Origin: an uncultured Bacteroidota bacterium
GTDB taxonomy: Bacteria > Bacteroidota > Ignavibacteria > UBA10030 > UBA6906
DNA: 64,000 nucleotides
NCBI GenBank assembly: GCA_963700635.1
Contig: CAVOYH010000001.1
Coordinates: 96,001 to 160,000, forward strand
Direction of reading: 5' to 3'
Shown here: piece after piece, positions 9,324 through 19,472 of the stretch
Layout of the letters: each line of letters begins with the position of its first letter
Numbering within the stretch: position 1 is the first letter of the stretch
Notes under the pieces: model-generated
Told to the model about the DNA's origin: nothing
What the model saw: the letters and a program-made list of their open reading frames with translations, nothing else
Database searches by the model: none
Position numbers and translations under genes: made by a program

Positions 9324-10244
9324 ATGAAGGTCATCATCACGGGTGGGTCGGGCTTTATAGGGTCGCATGTTGTTGATGAAGTGCTCGCTCTCGGGCACGA
9401 CGTCACCATTTATGATCTTGAAGCGCCCCATTACGGTCAGCCATGCTCCTATGTCAGGGGTGATACACGGGATATTGACCGGCTGGCCGCGACCGCGCGC
9501 GGGGCAGAGATTATCTACAATATTGCCGCCGAGGCAAACGTCAACAGATTCTTCGAAAGCCCTCTATATTCGAATGATATTACGGCTCAGGCAACGTTGT
9601 GCGTCCTCGAGGCGGCCCGGCGTGCGGGGAACGCGCGCGTGATCCTGGCCTCCACCGAGTGGATCTACGGATCGCTGGCAGCTGCAGGGGATGAACAGAT
9701 CACGGAAGATACTCCCTACGCACAGAATCCGGATCATCTCTACACCTCCTCCAAGATAGCGGCCGAGCTCTTCTGCAAGAACTACCATCGCCTGTACGCG
9801 GTGCCGTACACGATCATGCGTTTCGGCATTCCGTTCGGGGAGCGTGCGCGCCCTGAAACGGTGACGCCGATCTTCATACGGAAACTGTTACAGAACGAAA
9901 CGATCACGATTCATGGTGATGGGAGTCAGACGCGGCAATTTATCTATGTCCGGGATCTTGCCCGCGGAAACGCAGCCTGCATTCAACCGGCGGCGACCAA
10001 CGAGATTTTCAACATCAACGGGCGGGAACAGATCAGCGTAGTGCAAATTGTCCGGACGCTGGAAAGTATTCTCGGCAAAAAAGGACAGATTACGTTTGTG
10101 GACGACCGGATGGGGAATTTTAAGGGCCGGTTTATCTCATCGGAAAAAGCAAAACGCCTGCTCGGCTGGGAAACCCGGCTCGGGTATCGGGAAGCAATGG
10201 AACACTATGTCGAGTGGTACCTGAAGAATATGGTAAAGGGATAA
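9324..10244 (+). CDS. NAD-dependent epimerase/dehydratase (extended SDR)
   Basis: TGGSGFIG, YTSSK, GDGSQTRQFIYV. Confidence 0.93.
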   Translation: MKVIITGGSGFIGSHVVDEVLALGHDVTIYDLEAPHYGQPCSYVRGDTRDIDRLAATARGAEIIYNIAAEANVNRFFESPLYSNDITAQATLCVLEAARRAGNARVILASTEWIYGSLAAAGDEQITEDTPYAQNPDHLYTSSKIAAELFCKNYHRLYAVPYTIMRFGIPFGERARPETVTPIFIRKLLQNETITIHGDGSQTRQFIYVRDLARGNAACIQPAATNEIFNINGREQISVVQIVRTLESILGKKGQITFVDDRMGNFKGRFISSEKAKRLLGWETRLGYREAMEHYVEWYLKNMVKG

Positions 10245-10247
10245 AGT

Positions 10248-11624
10248 ATGACGCACGCATTGCCGCTTGTTGAACGCCACATGTCGATCAGGGAGGCTAT
10301 TCAGAAGATCGAACACACTCCATTTACGGTCGGATTCCTCATTAATGAACAGGACGTCTATCTGGGCGGTATATTCCTGAGTGATTTACGCCGGCTGCTC
10401 ATAAGCGGTGTAAACGCAGAAGCAGAGGTGGGAGCATATCCGGTAAAGTACACGTACCGGCTGGAAGAGTCTGCGAAGAACGACCGCACGCGGATCGATG
10501 CCTTGCTTGCGGACCTCCGTCTGCATGGGGTAACGTATGTCCCCGTCGTGTCATCTATCGGAGAAATTCAGGAGATCCTTTCCGCGGAGGATCTGACGTC
10601 CGCCCGGCCGTCGGCTCCACCGAAGTCACAGGGTGACAGCGATAAGCGTGTTCTGGTCGTTGGGGGCGCCGGATACCTGGGGAGCATCCTGAGCAGAAAA
10701 CTCCTGGCACGTGGCTACCGCGTTCGCGTGCTGGATAGTTTTATCTATGGCCGGAAATCGGTAGAAGAGCTGATCGGAAACGACCGGTGTGATATTGTGG
10801 AAGGTGATCTCCGCAACATTCACACGTGTGTAAGTGCGCTGGAAGGCGTCAACGCCGTGATCCTGCTGGCGGCAATCGTCGGCGACCCTGCCTCCAAAGT
10901 AAGGCCGACGGAAACAATTGAAACGAATGTGCTCGCCGCACAGGCCCTTGCATCCGCGGCGAAGCTCCAGCATATCAGCCGCTTCGTGTATGCGTCCACC
11001 TGCAGCGTGTACGGCGTCGGCACCGATCTGCTCGATGAGCAGGCATCCCTCAATCCGGTTTCACTTTATGCACGGACGAAGATTGCCTCGGAGGAGATCA
11101 TCCTGAAGATGGGGGATACGTATTTTGCGCCCACCATTCTCCGGATGGGTACGCTGTACGGGTATTCACCCCGGATGCGGTTTGACCTGGTCGTGAATAC
11201 GATGTCCATGAAGTCTTTTACGGACGGGAAAATCCTGGTCTACGGCGGAAAACAGTTTCGGCCATTATTGCATGTCAAAGATGCCGCCGATGTGTACGTG
11301 CGATGCGTTGAAACTGATCTCAAGAACGTCGGAAATCAGATCTTCAACGTCGGATCGAACGAACAAAACTACCAGATCGACGAAATTGCAGAACGGATCT
11401 CGGGGACGCTGGGGGGGATACCGATCCAGCGGGATAATACCAGCCTCGACGCCCGGGATTACCGCGTCTCTTTCGCGAAGGTCCGTGACACGCTGGGGTT
11501 TTCTCCGCAGGCGACTGTGGAAGAGGCCGCGCAGACCATTTTCGGCAGCCTTAAGGACGGGACGATCCGGAATCCCGCCCAGCGAATCTACTACAACCAC
11601 TATTTTGACGCGACGGAGGATTAG
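10248..11624 (+). CDS. CBS-like domain fused to NAD-dependent epimerase/dehydratase
   Basis: N-terminal SIREAIQKI...LGGIFLSDLRRLL; then VGGAGYLG, YARTK, RMRFDLVVN. Confidence 0.88.
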   Translation: MTHALPLVERHMSIREAIQKIEHTPFTVGFLINEQDVYLGGIFLSDLRRLLISGVNAEAEVGAYPVKYTYRLEESAKNDRTRIDALLADLRLHGVTYVPVVSSIGEIQEILSAEDLTSARPSAPPKSQGDSDKRVLVVGGAGYLGSILSRKLLARGYRVRVLDSFIYGRKSVEELIGNDRCDIVEGDLRNIHTCVSALEGVNAVILLAAIVGDPASKVRPTETIETNVLAAQALASAAKLQHISRFVYASTCSVYGVGTDLLDEQASLNPVSLYARTKIASEEIILKMGDTYFAPTILRMGTLYGYSPRMRFDLVVNTMSMKSFTDGKILVYGGKQFRPLLHVKDAADVYVRCVETDLKNVGNQIFNVGSNEQNYQIDEIAERISGTLGGIPIQRDNTSLDARDYRVSFAKVRDTLGFSPQATVEEAAQTIFGSLKDGTIRNPAQRIYYNHYFDATED

Positions 11625-11656
11625 CTGGGCCACCATCCACGACAACGGAATACACC

Positions 11657-12325
11657 ATGGCTCCCCTGATTCCCGCAGGCGTGCGTAATACCGCTCGTGA
11701 CGTCCGGCGCGTGCTCCGGCTGAGTCCGATGTATGCGGTTCTCAGGGAAATGCGCCGCCGCGGGGTGATGATTGACAGCTGTGATGTGCTGGAATGTTTT
11801 GCCTTCACGGGCGGGATGCACACCCTTGACTATGCGCGCAGCGTGCGGGGCCTTGAGCTCTGGGAAATCAACCCGGTGCATGAACCAATCCTCCGGAAAC
11901 GTTTCCCGGGCGCAGAGGTCCGGATTGTGGACACGTATGAAGAGGTGGCGCGCCGTGATCGCCGGTTTGATATGATTGTGATTGACAATTCGCCGGTACA
12001 TGGATCACACGTCGAACATTTTGATTTGTTTCCGGCTATGTTCCGTCTGATGCAGGATTCGTGTGTTGTGGTGCTGGACGTTATGCCGAACCTTCACGCC
12101 GGCGTGCGCCGGAGATACCCGGAATTCTTCTCTGAGAGTGTCCTGCGTACCCGTGCAGAATTCTATGGCGTGACTGACCCATACACGATCCCGGAGGCGG
12201 CACTCGTTGCCCCCTATGAAGCATGTGCCAGGCGCCAGGGATATGACGTCACCTGGTATTTTCTCCAGAAACGAAATCCAATTATCACCTATCTCGTGTT
12301 GTATGTTCAGCGGGGGCGCCGATGA
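11657..12325 (+). CDS. Hypothetical protein, class I SAM-dependent methyltransferase-like
   Basis: VLECFAFTGG (motif I-like), LWEIN, FDMIVID. Confidence 0.55.
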   Translation: MAPLIPAGVRNTARDVRRVLRLSPMYAVLREMRRRGVMIDSCDVLECFAFTGGMHTLDYARSVRGLELWEINPVHEPILRKRFPGAEVRIVDTYEEVARRDRRFDMIVIDNSPVHGSHVEHFDLFPAMFRLMQDSCVVVLDVMPNLHAGVRRRYPEFFSESVLRTRAEFYGVTDPYTIPEAALVAPYEACARRQGYDVTWYFLQKRNPIITYLVLYVQRGRR

Positions 12326-12381
12326 TGGGTATTCCGAGGTCACCGTTGCCTGACGATGTCAGGAACACTCCAGAGTAAGGC

Positions 12382-13515
12382 ATGCGAATACTGTTCCTGG
12401 TATCGTGCGTTACCGATCATGATGAGAAATTTGTGCGCAGCCTTTCGGCTGGCGGGCATGAGACCCGCATTTTTTCGTTTCATGCCCGTCGCGTGGCTGA
12501 CCATCTGGCATCTCTGCCCCATATTTCCGTGGAGGCCGTGCCCCTGCGCGTGGTGCCGCGGTTGCAGCGCTTACTTCCGCTTCACCTGCTTCCACGGTTA
12601 CGGTCGTGCATCAGAGAATTTCGCCCCGATGTGATCCATGCGGGCAATACATGGAATGAATCTTTCCTGGGCGCGCTCTCGGGATTTCATCCGCTTCTTG
12701 TGATGCCGTATGGTTCCGACGTTCTTCTGGATACGCAGCGGCATCCCTGGTTTGCCTTCGCGAACCGGAAAGTGTTCCGGTCGGCAGATTGGGTCACCTG
12801 CGACGCCGAACACGTGAAAAGAAAATTGATACACGACTTCGCCTATCCCGCCGATCGGATTACGGTTATACCCTGGGGTATCGATGTCGATGCGATCGCA
12901 CTCCGGAAAGGCGGCACCCGTGATGGGGTACGCGCAGGACTCGGGTGGCAGAAAGAGTTCGTCGTGATTATGACCCGCAACCACGAACCGGTGTACGGGA
13001 TTGATATGTTCATCCGGGCGATGGCGCAGGTCGTTTCTCAGCATCCGGGAGTACGGGTGATGATGATCGGCGGCGGGTCGCTGACGGAATCACTTCAGGC
13101 GCAGGCGCGGGCCGCCGGCATTTCCGGAGCGTTCCGGTGGACCGGAAAAATCCAGCGGGAGAAACTTCTCGAGTATCTCCACGCTGCGGACCTCTATGTT
13201 TCCACCTCACTAAGTGATGGCACCTCTGTATCACTTCTGGAGGCCATGGCAAGCGGACTCTCGACAGTCCTGACCGATGTCCCGTCAAACCTCGAGTGGA
13301 TCACGAGTGGCGAGAACGGAGAGATCGTTCCACGCGGTGATCATGATGCCCTGGCGCGGGCCATTCTCACGCTGGCCTCTTCGCCGGAGAAGAACACCGC
13401 CTACGGCAGGCGTAACCTGGCCATCGTGCGTGAACGGGGAGATTGGGCGGGGAATTTTCGCGATATCGAAACAATCTATTCAACTCTCAGCAGCCAGACG
13501 AGGCAACCCTCGTGA
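12382..13515 (+). CDS. Glycosyltransferase family 4
   Basis: PDVIHA, YGSD, ADLYVSTSLSDGTSVSLLEAMASG. Confidence 0.92.
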   Translation: MRILFLVSCVTDHDEKFVRSLSAGGHETRIFSFHARRVADHLASLPHISVEAVPLRVVPRLQRLLPLHLLPRLRSCIREFRPDVIHAGNTWNESFLGALSGFHPLLVMPYGSDVLLDTQRHPWFAFANRKVFRSADWVTCDAEHVKRKLIHDFAYPADRITVIPWGIDVDAIALRKGGTRDGVRAGLGWQKEFVVIMTRNHEPVYGIDMFIRAMAQVVSQHPGVRVMMIGGGSLTESLQAQARAAGISGAFRWTGKIQREKLLEYLHAADLYVSTSLSDGTSVSLLEAMASGLSTVLTDVPSNLEWITSGENGEIVPRGDHDALARAILTLASSPEKNTAYGRRNLAIVRERGDWAGNFRDIETIYSTLSSQTRQPS

Positions 13516-14693
13516 CGTATGTGCAGACACCGTACTGGAGTTCCCTTCAACGCCTGGATGCATGGCTTGTGCGAAATGACTACAAGGGGTACGACCCTTT
13601 TGACGGGCTATCATCATACCTGCGGCCGTTAACACTCTACAAAAAATTTCCCCAGCAGGTTCTTCAACAAGCCGTCCGCAGGAATCCCTGGAATCTTCGC
13701 CCTTTGCTGGGCATCAAACCCCACGTCAGCACGAAGGGGATGGGCTTCCTCGTGGGAGGGTACCTGCAGTTGTATCTCCTTACCCGCGAAGAACGGTTTC
13801 TTGAAAGGACCAGATGGGCGCTGGACTGGTTGATGAAGAACAATTCCAGGGGGTATTCAGGGTACTGCTGGGGAAACGCGTTTGACTATATCTCGCGTGG
13901 CTCCAATATCCCGAAATTCGCCCCGACCGTCGTGTGGAGCGGACTGATCGGGCATGAGTTTATCGAGGCCTATCGGGCCCTTAAGGACGAGCGTTATCTT
14001 GACGTCGCGCGAAGCATCGGCGAACACATTCTGAAAGATCTTCCCCGGTTCGCCGTCCCGAACGGGACATGTATCAGTTATGTCACGGATGACAAACTGG
14101 CCGTCCACAATGCCAACCTGATCGGCGCTCGTATGCTTGCAGAACTTTTTAAGGAGACCGGGGATTCCGCGCTGCGCGATGTCGCTACGGAGGCTGTGCG
14201 CTACAGCGCCCGTGCCCAGCTCGAGAACGGGGCCTGGTATTATGGCGAAGATCCGATGTATCACTGGATTGACAACTGGCACACGGCCTACAATCTTGAT
14301 GCGATTCTCGGCTACCAGCTTAACACGGGAAACACAGAATTCCAACCGGTGCTTGACAAAGGACTCCAGTTCTATGTGACGCACTTCTTCACCGATGAGG
14401 GAGGACCGAAATACTACTGGAACCGTGTGTACAAATATGATATCCAGAGCGCATCACAGAGTATTGATACGCTGACGCTGTTCAGCCGGGAATGGGGGAG
14501 GCCCGACTTGCTAGCCCTCGCCGAACGGGTGGCCACATGGACGATTCAGAACATGCAGGACCCGGAGGGATATTTCTACCTGTGGAAAAATCGCTGGATC
14601 ACCAATACCACGCCGACATTCCACTGGGGAGCAGCAACCATGTTCCACGCACTTGCACACCTACTACGAGAGAGGACATCCCGTGAACATTAG
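13512..14693 (+). CDS. (alpha/alpha)-toroid protein of capsule loci, function unknown
   Basis: GTGA-coupled start; YKGYDPFDGL, WGNAFD, VHNANL, QLENGAWYY, MQDPEGYFY helical-repeat pattern. Confidence 0.7.
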   Translation: MTYVQTPYWSSLQRLDAWLVRNDYKGYDPFDGLSSYLRPLTLYKKFPQQVLQQAVRRNPWNLRPLLGIKPHVSTKGMGFLVGGYLQLYLLTREERFLERTRWALDWLMKNNSRGYSGYCWGNAFDYISRGSNIPKFAPTVVWSGLIGHEFIEAYRALKDERYLDVARSIGEHILKDLPRFAVPNGTCISYVTDDKLAVHNANLIGARMLAELFKETGDSALRDVATEAVRYSARAQLENGAWYYGEDPMYHWIDNWHTAYNLDAILGYQLNTGNTEFQPVLDKGLQFYVTHFFTDEGGPKYYWNRVYKYDIQSASQSIDTLTLFSREWGRPDLLALAERVATWTIQNMQDPEGYFYLWKNRWITNTTPTFHWGAATMFHALAHLLRERTSREH

Positions 14694-15997
14694 CATTTTT
14701 GGTCTGGGTTATGTCGGGACGGTGTCCGCTGTCTGCCTCGCAAAACAGGGACACAAAGTGATCGGTGTTGACGCAAATCCGGTCAAAGTCGAACTGATCA
14801 ACCAGGGAACAACGCCCATTGTAGAACCCGGCGTTGATAGTCTCCTGCAGCAGGCGTTACACGAGCGGCGCCTCTCCGCGACAACCAACCTCACCGAAGC
14901 CGTCCAGCAGACGGATATCAGCTTAATTTGTGTCGGCACACCGAGCAGCGCGAACGGCAGCCTGAGCCTCGACCAGGTCATGCGTGTCGCCGAGCAGACG
15001 GGACAGGCCATTCGCCTGAAATCATCCTATCATGGAATCGTCATCCGGAGTACGGTACTTGCCTGGCACTGTGGACAAAGTTGCAGCACTCGTTGCCCGC
15101 GAATCAGGCAAACAAATGGGGAAAGACTTCGGAGTGGCGGATAATCCCGAGTTTCTTCGCGAAGGAACCTCTGTCTTTGATTTTGAAAATCCGCCGTACA
15201 CGGTGGTCGGTGGATCGGATGACACAATCGTCGGCATGCTCCGGGAGATGTATGCAGGTGTCAAGGCGCCGTTCCACTCTGTCCGGATCCGGGAAGCGGA
15301 AATCCTCAAGTATGCCTGCAATGCCTTTCATGCGGTCAAGGTCACGTTTGCCAATGAAATCGGGACCATCAGCAAGAAGCTGGGTATCGACAGCCATGTT
15401 GTCATGGACATGTTTGTGCAGGACACAAAACTGAATATCTCCCCCTATTACCTCAAGCCGGGCTTTGCGTTTGGAGGATCGTGTCTGCCGAAGGATGTTC
15501 GTGCGATCACCTATGAATCGCGCCGGCTGGACATCGCCACCCCACTGTTGAACTCTCTGATGCCGAGCAATCAGGCGCAGGTGCAACGCGTTATTGATTG
15601 GGTCGTGGCGACAAAACGGAAACGTATAGGCGTCCTTGGGCTGAGCTTCAAGCAGGATACGGACGATTTGCGGGAAAGCCCCATCGTGGACGTTGTGGAG
15701 GCCCTGATCGGCAAAGGCTTTGACCTTTCGATTTTTGACGCGAATGTCAATCTTGCCCGGCTGATAGGAGCCAACAAGAGCTATATTGAACAGGAAATTC
15801 CGCACGTTTCCTCGCTCATGAAGCAGAGCATGCAGGAAGTGCTGGACCATGCCGAAGTCATCCTCGTGGCAAATAAAGGCGCGGAGTTCAAAGATGTCGT
15901 ACGCATGGCAAAACCCGGACAGATGATCTATGATCTGGTCCGTATCACTGATGACGGAAAGACGATGCATGGACATTACGAAGGAATTTGCTGGTAA
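14683..15997 (+). pseudogene. algD: GDP-mannose 6-dehydrogenase (AlgD-like), one +1 frameshift near 15060 (possibly a sequence error)
   Basis: ISIFGLGYVG, ICVGTPS, RSTVL/PGT split across frames, FAFGGSCLPKD, C-terminal EGICW as in AlgD. Confidence 0.85.
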
Positions 15998-17186
15998 GCA
16001 CTGTGTGCTGGTAATCGAAAACGAAGCCGTTCCGTTCGACCGGCGTATGTGGAACATCGCCCATGCCCTGAAGGAATCAGGTGCCGTCGTAAGCGTTATC
16101 TGTCCGATTTTTGGGAAGGACAATGAACGCTTCACGGTGCTTGATGGCATTCGCATCCATAGGTACACGAACACCTTCGCCGACGGGTCGGTCGTGGGAT
16201 ATTTCCGCGAATATGGAGTCGCATTTGTAAAGACGGTATTCCTGCTGCACACACTGATGCTCCGGGGCCGCATTCATGTGGTCCATGTGGCCAATCCGCC
16301 GGACATCTTCTGGCCGCTTGCGATCTATCTCAAGCTGTTCGGTATCCGGTTCATTTTTGACGAGCACGATCTTTCTCCCGAAGCGTACCTGAGCCGGTTT
16401 GACAAGGACGAGAGCTCTGCGGGAATACTGTACACGCTGCAGCGCTGGTTTCAGCGTCTGTCGTACCGATTTGCCGATGGTATCATTTCAACCAACGAGA
16501 CGTATCGTGAGCGGGCAATTCAGACCAATCCGCGCAATGCCGCGAAGACATTTGTCGTACGGAATGGCCCCGATACCAGAACGTTTCGTCGCTGCCCTCC
16601 CAATGCAGAACTAAAAAAAGGACGGGCCTTCCTTGCTGCGTATATCGGCGTCATGGCTATCCAGGATGGAGTGGAATACGTCATCCGTGCGGTGGACGAG
16701 CTGGTGAACAAGCGCAACGTCAGGGATATCATGTTCTATCTCATCGGCAAAGGTGATGACTGGCCGCGGTTGAAGGAGATAGCAGAGGAGCGCGGAGTTG
16801 GAAAGGATATCGTATTCACCGGGAGAATTCCGGATGCCGAAGCGCTGGAGATCCTCTCCACGGCGGACGTCTGTCTCTCGCCCGATCCGTATAGTCCCCT
16901 GAATGAACTGTCAACGATGACCAAGATTATGGAATACATGTCGCTCGGAAAACCGATTGTGTCGTTTCATCTGAAGGAGAACAAATATTCTGCGGGGCCA
17001 TCGGCGTTGTATGTGGACAACAACAATCACGAGGCTTTTGCCGAAGGGATTCTGACCCTGCTCCATGATCCCGAACGGTCGCAGCGAATGGGCGAAGCGG
17101 GTGTCCGGCGTGTGACAGAAGAATTGTCATGGCAAAAGCAGGCACAACGCCTGCGCGCGGCGTACACATTCGTGCTATCGCGCTGA
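15969..17186 (+). CDS. Glycosyltransferase family 4
   Basis: ENEAVPFDRR, HVANPPD, FDEHDL, STMTKIMEYMSLGKPIV. Confidence 0.92.
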   Translation: MDITKEFAGKHCVLVIENEAVPFDRRMWNIAHALKESGAVVSVICPIFGKDNERFTVLDGIRIHRYTNTFADGSVVGYFREYGVAFVKTVFLLHTLMLRGRIHVVHVANPPDIFWPLAIYLKLFGIRFIFDEHDLSPEAYLSRFDKDESSAGILYTLQRWFQRLSYRFADGIISTNETYRERAIQTNPRNAAKTFVVRNGPDTRTFRRCPPNAELKKGRAFLAAYIGVMAIQDGVEYVIRAVDELVNKRNVRDIMFYLIGKGDDWPRLKEIAEERGVGKDIVFTGRIPDAEALEILSTADVCLSPDPYSPLNELSTMTKIMEYMSLGKPIVSFHLKENKYSAGPSALYVDNNNHEAFAEGILTLLHDPERSQRMGEAGVRRVTEELSWQKQAQRLRAAYTFVLSR

Positions 17187-18220
17187 TGCATACCATTCCC
17201 ATAGACCCTGTTGCCGATCAACGATGGTCTTCGTTCCTGGCATCAAACGATGAGGCGACGGTGTTTCACCATCCGGCGTGGATTAAGACGCTCATGCATT
17301 CGTACGGGTATGGCTCCGCCTCGCTCGCATGCGTCGGAGATGAGCAGATCCTCGGCGTGCTGCCCCTGCTTGAAATTCGAAGCCGGCTTACGGGAAAACG
17401 GGCCGTTGCGTTGCCATTTTCCGATTATGGGGGCGCGCTTGCTCAATCAGAGGCCGTGCATGACAAACTCCTCGACGCCGCCCTCGTCCTGCAGCGGGAG
17501 CGCGGCTGGAACTTTGTGGAACTTCGAAAACCACTCGTTCACCCCCTCGCAGATATCAGCGCCGCGTACAAGCGCCACGCCCTGCGCCTGGATGCTGACC
17601 CGGATCGGATGTACCGCTCCTTCGATAAGAGTCAAACGCAACGCTCTGTGACAAAATTTCTGAAGAGTGGGGCAATCGTGGAGCGCAGGACCGATCGTGA
17701 TGCGCTCCGGGCGTTTATGCGGCTGAACTACCAGACCCGCAGGAAGCACGGATTGCCTCCCCAGCCTGACCGGTTTTTTGAACAGGTTCAGAAGAATCTT
17801 CTCGATCCGAAGATGGGATTTGTGAGCCTCGCGCGCCGCGAGGGAACGGTGCTTGCGGGGTGCGTCTTCCTCGTGTCAAAGAATACCGTGTACTACAAGT
17901 TCGGGGCTTCTGACGAAGCGCACCTTTCACACCGCCCAAACCACGGCATTATGTGGGATGTCATTCAGTGGGCGGCTGCGGAAGGGTATGCCACACTGGA
18001 TTTCGGCCGGTCCGATCTCGATGGAGAGGGGTTGATCAAGTTTAAAAGGGGTTGGGGAACGGTCGAAACAGACCTGACCTATTCCCGCCTCGGGGGCCAG
18101 GGAAACAAGGGCGACAGAGCTGGCGGGGGCCTTCTGGAACGGACTAAACCACTGCTCCAGCATATGCCCATTCCGCTTCTGAAAATGATCGGAAACGTCA
18201 TGTATGAACATGTCGGATAA
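17186..18220 (+). CDS. FemAB-related GNAT family acyl/aminoacyl transferase
   Basis: TVFHHPAW, LPFSDYGG, LDFGRS..GLIKFKRGWG; TGATG overlap with the upstream gene. Confidence 0.85.
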   Translation: MHTIPIDPVADQRWSSFLASNDEATVFHHPAWIKTLMHSYGYGSASLACVGDEQILGVLPLLEIRSRLTGKRAVALPFSDYGGALAQSEAVHDKLLDAALVLQRERGWNFVELRKPLVHPLADISAAYKRHALRLDADPDRMYRSFDKSQTQRSVTKFLKSGAIVERRTDRDALRAFMRLNYQTRRKHGLPPQPDRFFEQVQKNLLDPKMGFVSLARREGTVLAGCVFLVSKNTVYYKFGASDEAHLSHRPNHGIMWDVIQWAAAEGYATLDFGRSDLDGEGLIKFKRGWGTVETDLTYSRLGGQGNKGDRAGGGLLERTKPLLQHMPIPLLKMIGNVMYEHVG

Positions 18221-19385
18221 ATCACGACCATCAGCAACCGGACGATCTCCTCTTCGGGATCTCCTCAAGATCGCTGAGGGTGTGCGCGAACCTGATGGTG
18301 TCACGACGGATCTCGGAGAATGGGTCTATGAACGATACGTCCGGGATGATCAGAGCTGGAAGCGCCGTTTGTACTATGCGCTGAAGCCTGTTATTCCACG
18401 GCCCATCCAGATCGCTCTGCGCCAACGGTATGTCGCCGTGCAGGCGTCCGCCACATTTCCTGCCTGGCCTATCGAACCGCTGCTGACCGTAAAAGTGGAA
18501 GAGTATCTCCGGGCAATCCTCTCGAACCATGGATGAAGTGCGGCACATCGCGTTCTGGCCTGACGCGTTGCGTTGCTGCGTTTGTGATCACACACGATGT
18601 TGAGTGGGATGCAGGATTACGCCGGGCTCCCGCGATTGCTGCGTTGGAACGGGAGCTGGGATTCACCTCATGCTGGAATCTTGTTCCTGAGCGATATCCC
18701 ATCGACTGGAGTATTGTGGATGAGCTCAGACAGGAGGGATTTGAGATCGGTCTGCACGGACTCAAACACGACGGGCGTTTGTTCCAGTCACACAAGGTCT
18801 TTGCCGAGCGCGTACACTCAATACATGCGTACGCACGGGAATGGGGCGTCGAGGGATTCCGGTCACCGTCAACCCTGCGCAATGCAGAGTGGATGACAGA
18901 GATGCAGATCGCGTACGACAGTTCCTTTCCCGATACTGATCCATACGAACCGCAACCCGGTGGGTGCTGCTCGATCTGGCCGTATTTCCTGGGTTCCATG
19001 GTGGAGCTGCCGCTGAGTCTCCCCCAGGATCACACGCTGTTTGAGATTCTCAAGCACGGTGACATCGCGGCATGGCAGAGGAAGGCGGAGTGGATTGGTG
19101 TTCACGGCGGCATAGCCATGCTGAATGTGCACCCGGACTACATGATGACCGATGAGCGTCTCTCGCTGTACAGGGACTTCCTCCAATACATGAAGGCACA
19201 GACCCGCATGTGGCATGTACAGCCGCGTGAAGCCGCCCGCTGGTGGCGCGATCGGCATGCATCAACTCTTCGTGCGGACGGGGGTAAGTACTCGCGTGGA
19301 AGGACCTGCTGCAGATCGGGCGGTGATGGTGCGCAGTTTTCTGAACGATGGATCTCTTGTCACCCAACCGGAACGTGCAGGGTGA
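18210..19385 (+). pseudogene. Polysaccharide deacetylase (CE4-like), three +1 frameshifts near 18528, 18574 and 19292 (possibly sequence errors)
   Basis: FPAWPIE / IAFWPDALR / FVITHDVE lie in three successive frames; EIGLHGLKH, GFRSP, YDSS, HPDY; C-terminus RVEGPAADRA in the shifted frame. Confidence 0.78.
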
Positions 19386-19472
19386 TGGTGCGCCTGCCTA
19401 CCGGATATGGACTGAAATGATATATGTACTTCGATACTCAACACCTGTACTCACGAACAAGTAGGATGACCT

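Noticed and set aside
14683-15997. Alginate biosynthesis operon
   Set aside because: Only an AlgD-like gene; no Alg8, Alg44, AlgK or AlgE, and the context is Wzx/Wzy
15104-16273. 389-aa minus-strand ORF
   Set aside because: Antisense shadow of algD and the GT4 gene, with no motifs
17186-19385. PEP-CTERM/exosortase system
   Set aside because: FemAB and deacetylase are present, but there is no exosortase and no PEP-TM-basic tails in the window
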